From NCBI GenBank assembly GCA_963811635.1, contig CAWESB010000010.1:18901-82900 (forward strand): 64,000 bases of DNA, read 5' to 3'. A program made the translations under genes and the position numbers. The notes beneath the pieces were generated by a model. It saw only the letters and a list, made by a program, of their open reading frames with translations, had not been told where the DNA came from and made no database searches. This document shows positions 59,247 to 64,000 of the stretch, piece after piece (position 1 is the first letter of the stretch; every line of letters begins with the position of its first letter). The DNA comes from an uncultured Actinomycetes bacterium. GTDB taxonomy: Bacteria; Actinomycetota; Thermoleophilia; Gaiellales; Gaiellaceae.

Positions 59247-62200
59247 GTGGCAAGACAGATAGGCAAGGCACGCCGTGGGATCGGCGCAAGATGGCGCGGC
59301 ACAACACTGATTTTGGGAGCGTTGCTCGCGTGTGTCATTGCGAGCGTCGCTCTCGGAGGCTCGAGTGATCTGACCTCGGGCGGAAGCGCGCCCACGATCG
59401 CGAGCGACAAGGCCGACTACAACCCAGGGGCGACGGTGACGCTCACAGGCGGCGGCTGGCTCGGTGCTACCGAGACGACTCCAGCCGAGTCCGTGCACAT
59501 CATCGTCAACGACACAATCGGACAGACGTGGTCCCACGAAGCGACCGTCACTCCGGACGCGAACGGGAACATCACTGACGTCTTCCAGCTCCCGAGCTAC
59601 TTCGTCTCGGACTACGACGTGACGGCGACGGGGACGGTATCCGGGAAGGCGACAACGACCTTCACCGATCAGGTCGCCGCGAACCTCGACCAGTGTCAGA
59701 ACATCACACTGGCGTTCCTCGGTGACCCGTGCGGCACGGCGCCGGCGAACGCACATCCCAACTGGGCCAACGGCGACGTGAACCAATCGAACTCCCAGTA
59801 CCGGGAGGGCGACGGCCTGCCCTATCGGAGCTCGATCACCGGCCTGACGAACGGCACGTGGACGATCAGGGTCGAGTACGACTTCACGAAGGGCGGCATT
59901 CCGGCGATCGACCGGTTGACGCGGTACAACCTGACCCAGGCGTCGAACCCGTGCCTGAGCACCAACGACGTCACCTGCACGGTCGGTAGCCCGAAATTCA
60001 GCTTCCTTGCGCCGAGCGAGGTCGTCGGGCCGCCGAGTGCGGCGCAGCCGGCGCTTCCGAACAGCGGCGACCTGCACACATGGAACGGGCTCGCGTCGGT
60101 GCTCTTGAGCACGAAGGGTGCAGACGCCAAGAACATGTTCGTCTGGAACGAGAATGCGGCATGCACCGTGACATTCGGCGGTGCGGGCCAGAACTGGACG
60201 GGTAACCTTGCGACGAGCTTCGACGACGGCAAGGTCCTGCAGGACGGGTCGGCCGCCGGCGATAGCCAACGGCAATTCGCGTTCAAAGTCGCCGTCTCGG
60301 GCTGCGCCCAGGGCACGGACCTCATGATGGGGTGGAGCGGCCATATCGCCTCCCACCTCGACTGGGGCGTGGGTAAGGGCGCGGGCTCGATCTCGGGCGC
60401 GCCGTTCCACATGCGCATCCTCGGGGTCGACAACGCCCAGGGCACAAGCGGCGGAAACCAAGACCGCAGCGTCCAGCTGAGCGCGATCGTCCAGACGCTC
60501 GAGGTGCGGAAGGTCCTGTCCCCGGTGGGGTCGGGCACCTTCGACCTGCAGATCGACAACGCGACGAAGGCCGCGGCCGTCGGTAACGGCGGCACGACCG
60601 GCCCGGTGGCAGTCACCGCCGGCAGCCACAGCGTCGGCGAGCTCGGCGCGGGAGGCACGAACCTCGCGAGCTTCAGCTCGTCGATCTCGTGCGTGGACAG
60701 CTCCGGCAACCCGGTGAAGAGCGGCTCGGGCACCAGCCTGACCGGCGTGAACGTGCCGACCGGCGACAGCGTCGTCTGCACGATCACGAACACGTTGCTC
60801 CAGTCGCATCTGACGCTGGTGAAGCTGGTGACCAACGACAACGGCGGCACCGCGCTGGCGACGGACTGGACGCTGAACGCGAACGGCCCGACACCGATCT
60901 CGGGCACTTCGGGCTCGGCTAACGTCACGAACGCGACGGTGAACGCGGGCAGCTACGCGCTCACGGAGACCAACGGCCCGTCCGGGTATACGCCGAGCGC
61001 GTGGGTGTGCGTCGGCGGAACCCAGAACGGCAGCGACATCTCGCTTGCCCCGGGTCAGAACGCGACCTGCACGATCACCAACGACGACATCGCTCCGAAG
61101 CTGCACCTGCGCAAGGTCGTCACCAACGACAACGGTGGCACGGCGACCGTTGCCAACTTCCCGTTGAAGGCTGACGGCGCCGACGCCAACGATCTGACGG
61201 GCACCAGCCCGGTCGATTCGGGTGCCGGCCTGAAGGCTGACACGTGGACGCTGTCGGAGACCGAGCTCGCTGGCTATTCGAAGAGCGACTGGGTCTGCGT
61301 TGGCGGCTCGTACAACAAGACGGCCGCTGGCGTCGAGACGATCCAGGTCGGTCTCAACGGTGAGGCGACCTGCACGATCACCAACGACGACATCGCTCCG
61401 AAGCTGCACCTGCGCAAGGTCGTCACCAACGACAACGGTGGCACGGCGACCGTTGCCAACTTCCCGTTGAAGGCTGACGGCGCCGACGCCAACGATCTGA
61501 CGGGCACCAGCCCGGTCGATTCGGGTGCCGGCCTGAAGGCTGACACGTGGACGCTGTCGGAGACCGAGCTCGCTGGCTACTCGAAGAGCGACTGGGTCTG
61601 CGTTGGCGGCTCGTACAACAAGACGGCCGCTGGCGTCGAGACGATCCAGGTCGGTCTCAACGGTGAGGCGACCTGCACGATCACCAACGACGACATCGCT
61701 CCGAAGCTGCACCTGCGCAAGGTCGTCACCAACGACAACGGTGGCACGGCGACCGTTGCCAACTTCCCGTTGAAGGCTGACGGCGCCGACGCCAACGATC
61801 TGACGGGCACCAGCCCGGTCGATTCGGGTGCCGGCCTGAAGGCTGACACGTGGACGCTGTCGGAGACCGAGCTCGCTGGCTATTCGAAGAGCGACTGGGT
61901 CTGCGTTGGCGGCTCGTACAACAAGACGGCCGCTGGCGTCGAGACGATCCAGGTCGGTCTCAACGGTGAGGCGACCTGCACGATCACCAACGACGACATC
62001 GCTCCGAAGCTGCACCTGCGCAAGGTCGTCACCAACGACAACGGTGGCACGGCGACCGTTGCCAACTTCCCGTTGAAGGCTGACGGCGCCGACGCCAACG
62101 ATCTGACGGGCACCAGCCCGGTCGATTCGGGTGCCGGCCTGAAGGCTGACACGTGGACGCTGTCGGAGACCGAGCTCGCTGGCTATTCGAAGAGCGACTG

Positions 62201-63176
62201 GGTCTGCGTTGGCGGCTCGTACAACAAGACGGCCGCTGGCGTCGAGACGATCCAGGTCGGTCTCAACGGTGAGGCGACCTGCACGATCACCAACGACGAC
62301 AAGCCGGGCACGATCGTCATCATCAAGAACGCGAAGCCTGCGAGCGGAGTGTTCACGTATCCGACCACCGGCACGACCAGTGGACCGGGGACGAGCTGGC
62401 CGGCCAGCTTCACCTTGAACGGCGATCCCACCGGTGGTGGGAACACGAAGACGTACAAGGTGGACGTCGGCACGTACAAGGTGACCGAGCAGACGCAGCT
62501 CGGGTGGATCCTCACGGGGATCGGCGGATCGACCGATCCGAACACTCCGTACAACTGCGTCGTCACCGGGACCGGTGGCAGCACGGGCGTCGGCGACCTG
62601 AATACTCAGGCCGTCACCATCGCCATCAAGAACGGCGACACCGTGACCTGCACGTTCGAGAACACGGGCCAGGGCGTCACGCGCACCCAGGGCTTCTGGG
62701 CAACGCACTCGCCGCTCGCCAACATCGCGTGGCTCGGCGGCGACGCGTTCGGGCACTCGTTCCCGGGCGTTGCTAGCACCCCGGGGCTCATGAACAGGAC
62801 GCTCGATCCGTGCGGCAAGAACATCGACACGCTCGGAAAGCTGATGGGCGGCTTCTGGAGCGACGTCGCCAAGAAGTCGACCGGCGTCAAGCGGACGGCG
62901 CTCGACCAGGCGAGGATGCAGCTCGTGCAGCAGCTGCTGGCGGCAGAGCTGAACGCCTCGGCCTTCGGCAGCGTGCCGGCCGGCGGCTCCGGAAAGTTCG
63001 CCGTGTGGGAGGCCGCGTACTGCGGCACGAGCCAGACGGCGATGCAGAACGCCATGCAGGGCGCTGCCTCCTTCAACAACTCGGGAGACAGCGGCACCTT
63101 CACGCCTGGCACGTCGGCAGACAGCAAGAACGCCAGAGCGATCGCGGACAAGGTGTTCTGGAACGTCCTGCCGTAG
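59247..63176 (+). CDS. Giant secreted surface protein with multiple prealbumin-like (SpaA/Cna-B-like) fold domains, four of them near-identical
   Basis: The GTG at 59247 is preceded by GGAGAGGGAG. The signal-like part is TTLILGALLACVIASVALGG. The repeated module reads L(R/V)KVVTNDNGGTA...GYS...W.CVGG...ATCTITNDD. No LPXTG motif and no C-terminal TM are present. Confidence 0.85.
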   Translation: MARQIGKARRGIGARWRGTTLILGALLACVIASVALGGSSDLTSGGSAPTIASDKADYNPGATVTLTGGGWLGATETTPAESVHIIVNDTIGQTWSHEATVTPDANGNITDVFQLPSYFVSDYDVTATGTVSGKATTTFTDQVAANLDQCQNITLAFLGDPCGTAPANAHPNWANGDVNQSNSQYREGDGLPYRSSITGLTNGTWTIRVEYDFTKGGIPAIDRLTRYNLTQASNPCLSTNDVTCTVGSPKFSFLAPSEVVGPPSAAQPALPNSGDLHTWNGLASVLLSTKGADAKNMFVWNENAACTVTFGGAGQNWTGNLATSFDDGKVLQDGSAAGDSQRQFAFKVAVSGCAQGTDLMMGWSGHIASHLDWGVGKGAGSISGAPFHMRILGVDNAQGTSGGNQDRSVQLSAIVQTLEVRKVLSPVGSGTFDLQIDNATKAAAVGNGGTTGPVAVTAGSHSVGELGAGGTNLASFSSSISCVDSSGNPVKSGSGTSLTGVNVPTGDSVVCTITNTLLQSHLTLVKLVTNDNGGTALATDWTLNANGPTPISGTSGSANVTNATVNAGSYALTETNGPSGYTPSAWVCVGGTQNGSDISLAPGQNATCTITNDDIAPKLHLRKVVTNDNGGTATVANFPLKADGADANDLTGTSPVDSGAGLKADTWTLSETELAGYSKSDWVCVGGSYNKTAAGVETIQVGLNGEATCTITNDDIAPKLHLRKVVTNDNGGTATVANFPLKADGADANDLTGTSPVDSGAGLKADTWTLSETELAGYSKSDWVCVGGSYNKTAAGVETIQVGLNGEATCTITNDDIAPKLHLRKVVTNDNGGTATVANFPLKADGADANDLTGTSPVDSGAGLKADTWTLSETELAGYSKSDWVCVGGSYNKTAAGVETIQVGLNGEATCTITNDDIAPKLHLRKVVTNDNGGTATVANFPLKADGADANDLTGTSPVDSGAGLKADTWTLSETELAGYSKSDWVCVGGSYNKTAAGVETIQVGLNGEATCTITNDDKPGTIVIIKNAKPASGVFTYPTTGTTSGPGTSWPASFTLNGDPTGGGNTKTYKVDVGTYKVTEQTQLGWILTGIGGSTDPNTPYNCVVTGTGGSTGVGDLNTQAVTIAIKNGDTVTCTFENTGQGVTRTQGFWATHSPLANIAWLGGDAFGHSFPGVASTPGLMNRTLDPCGKNIDTLGKLMGGFWSDVAKKSTGVKRTALDQARMQLVQQLLAAELNASAFGSVPAGGSGKFAVWEAAYCGTSQTAMQNAMQGAASFNNSGDSGTFTPGTSADSKNARAIADKVFWNVLP
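61062..62300 (+). repeat. Tandem array: 4 x 303 bp plus a 27-bp partial unit inside the giant CDS
   Basis: Unit starts are at 61062, 61365, 61668, 61971 and 62274. By eye there is only one difference, T at 61277 versus C at 61580. Each unit encodes a 101-aa domain. Confidence 0.95.
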
Positions 63177-63208
63177 GTCAACGAAACGACAGCAGTAGAG
63201 AGTCGATT

Positions 63209-63248
63209 GGAAGGGGAGGGCCCGGCGATGCCGGGCCCTCCCCTTTCC
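63209..63248 (+). terminator. Rho-independent terminator of the giant gene
   Basis: The 15-bp perfect stem AAGGGGAGGGCCCGG-CGATG-CCGGGCCCTCCCCTT is followed by TCC. Confidence 0.6.
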
Positions 63249-63494
63249 AGCCACCACCACGTCGCGCGCGGGGGCAGGCGAAGTCCGGCCTGCGCGTGGT
63301 GGGCCGACTGACGACGATCCAGCGGACGAACGGCTGCCCACTGCCGGCGGGAGCTGGACCCCTCTTGGATGTGATTCGACCGGCTGCTGAGGGTGCCGGG
63401 CGGGAAGTAGCGAAGCGCTCGGGCCGATTGGCCCGAGCGCTGTGGTTGCATGGCGCCTCGGCGAACTTTCTGCGACTACGGTCGCCGGGACGGC

Positions 63495-63908
63495 TCAGGG
63501 GGCGACGTAGCTCAACACGGCCAGGGCCGTATCGGAACCCACTGCGTGGACATACGCGACGCAGGACATCTCCCGGGGTGGAGAGGTCGGCCCCGCGTGG
63601 CCGACGGTGCTGCTGTCCCACGTGACGGCGAGGTCATCCGTCCACGCGAGCTCGCTCATGCTGTCGTAGCACTTGTCCGTGACGGTCAGCGCGAACGGTC
63701 CCGTGTTCGAGGTCGACACGCTGAAGGTCATCGAACCGGGCGCCTGGGTGGCAATCGCGAATGTTGCGATCTGTGCCTGCCCGCCTTCGCTTGTCCGATC
63801 GCGAGGCTTGTGTGGCTTGGCCGGTGCAGAGGGCTTGCCCCCGTAGGCCGACGTCGAGGCGGCGACGGCGAAAATGAGCAAATAAACGACGAAGATGCGG
63901 CGTTTCAC
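63495..63908 (-). CDS. Small secreted hypothetical protein
   Basis: The GTG at 63908 has AAGGAGACC upstream. The signal is KRRIFVVYLLIFAVAASTSAYG. The palindrome AGCGCTCGGGCC-GATT-GGCCCGAGCGCT at 63411-63438 lies downstream. Confidence 0.5.
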   Translation of the reverse strand: MKRRIFVVYLLIFAVAASTSAYGGKPSAPAKPHKPRDRTSEGGQAQIATFAIATQAPGSMTFSVSTSNTGPFALTVTDKCYDSMSELAWTDDLAVTWDSSTVGHAGPTSPPREMSCVAYVHAVGSDTALAVLSYVAP

Positions 63909-64000
63909 GTTGGTCTCCTTCCGCAAGGGAACGGGCGAGCCGCATCGCCGTTTCTCGAGCCGAACCGTGATCGGCCGGACGTGAGCCTGCAATCCCTCCT

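Noticed and set aside
61062-62300. Regular 303-bp periodic repeats as a possible CRISPR or satellite array
   Set aside because: The units abut without unique spacers, maintain one long reading frame and encode a recognisable protein domain. No cas genes are present.

Overview
High-GC (Actinomycetota-like, no finer placement possible) chromosomal window. I read four blocks. (1) 1-13.6 kb is a large type IV pilus (T4P) locus. It holds pilM, pilT, a pilin, a TadG-like vWA protein, pilB, pilD, two minor-pilin-like genes, a PASTA-like protein, an SLT+2xM23 peptidoglycan hydrolase and a second PilT-like ATPase. (2) 13.7-38.9 kb starts at a tRNA-Tyr gene and is bracketed by an imperfect 110-bp direct repeat whose first copy begins inside the tRNA 3' end. 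It carries decayed phage terminase genes, an HNH gene, an integrase fragment and an orphan tRNA 3' fragment. Its cargo is a sulfur-related module (MBL hydrolase, MFS::rhodanese fusion, LysR, methyltransferase) and a potassium cluster (DUF389, trkH/trkA, kdpFABC, kdpDE). I read it as a composite, degraded genomic island. (3) 39-58 kb is mostly housekeeping or accessory: PRC-barrel protein, corA, mreB, MmyB-like regulator with aldo/keto reductase, a sortase-like gene with two secreted proteins, GNAT, methyltransferases, a CDF exporter with three C-terminal domains, a GT-C glycosyltransferase, the principal sigma factor, asparaginase II and Fpg/Nei. (4) 58.3-63.2 kb holds a LuxR-type response regulator divergent from a roughly 1300-aa secreted protein. 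That protein contains four almost identical 303-bp tandem repeats. At least 20 frame disruptions, mostly single-base indels and several at short homopolymers, break otherwise recognisable genes. They cluster at 6.6-16.6 kb, while the kdp operon and the giant repeat gene are clean. No CRISPR array, rRNA gene or recognisable defence system was seen. Most long Arg-rich ORFs in the six-frame track are antisense shadows typical of high-GC DNA.
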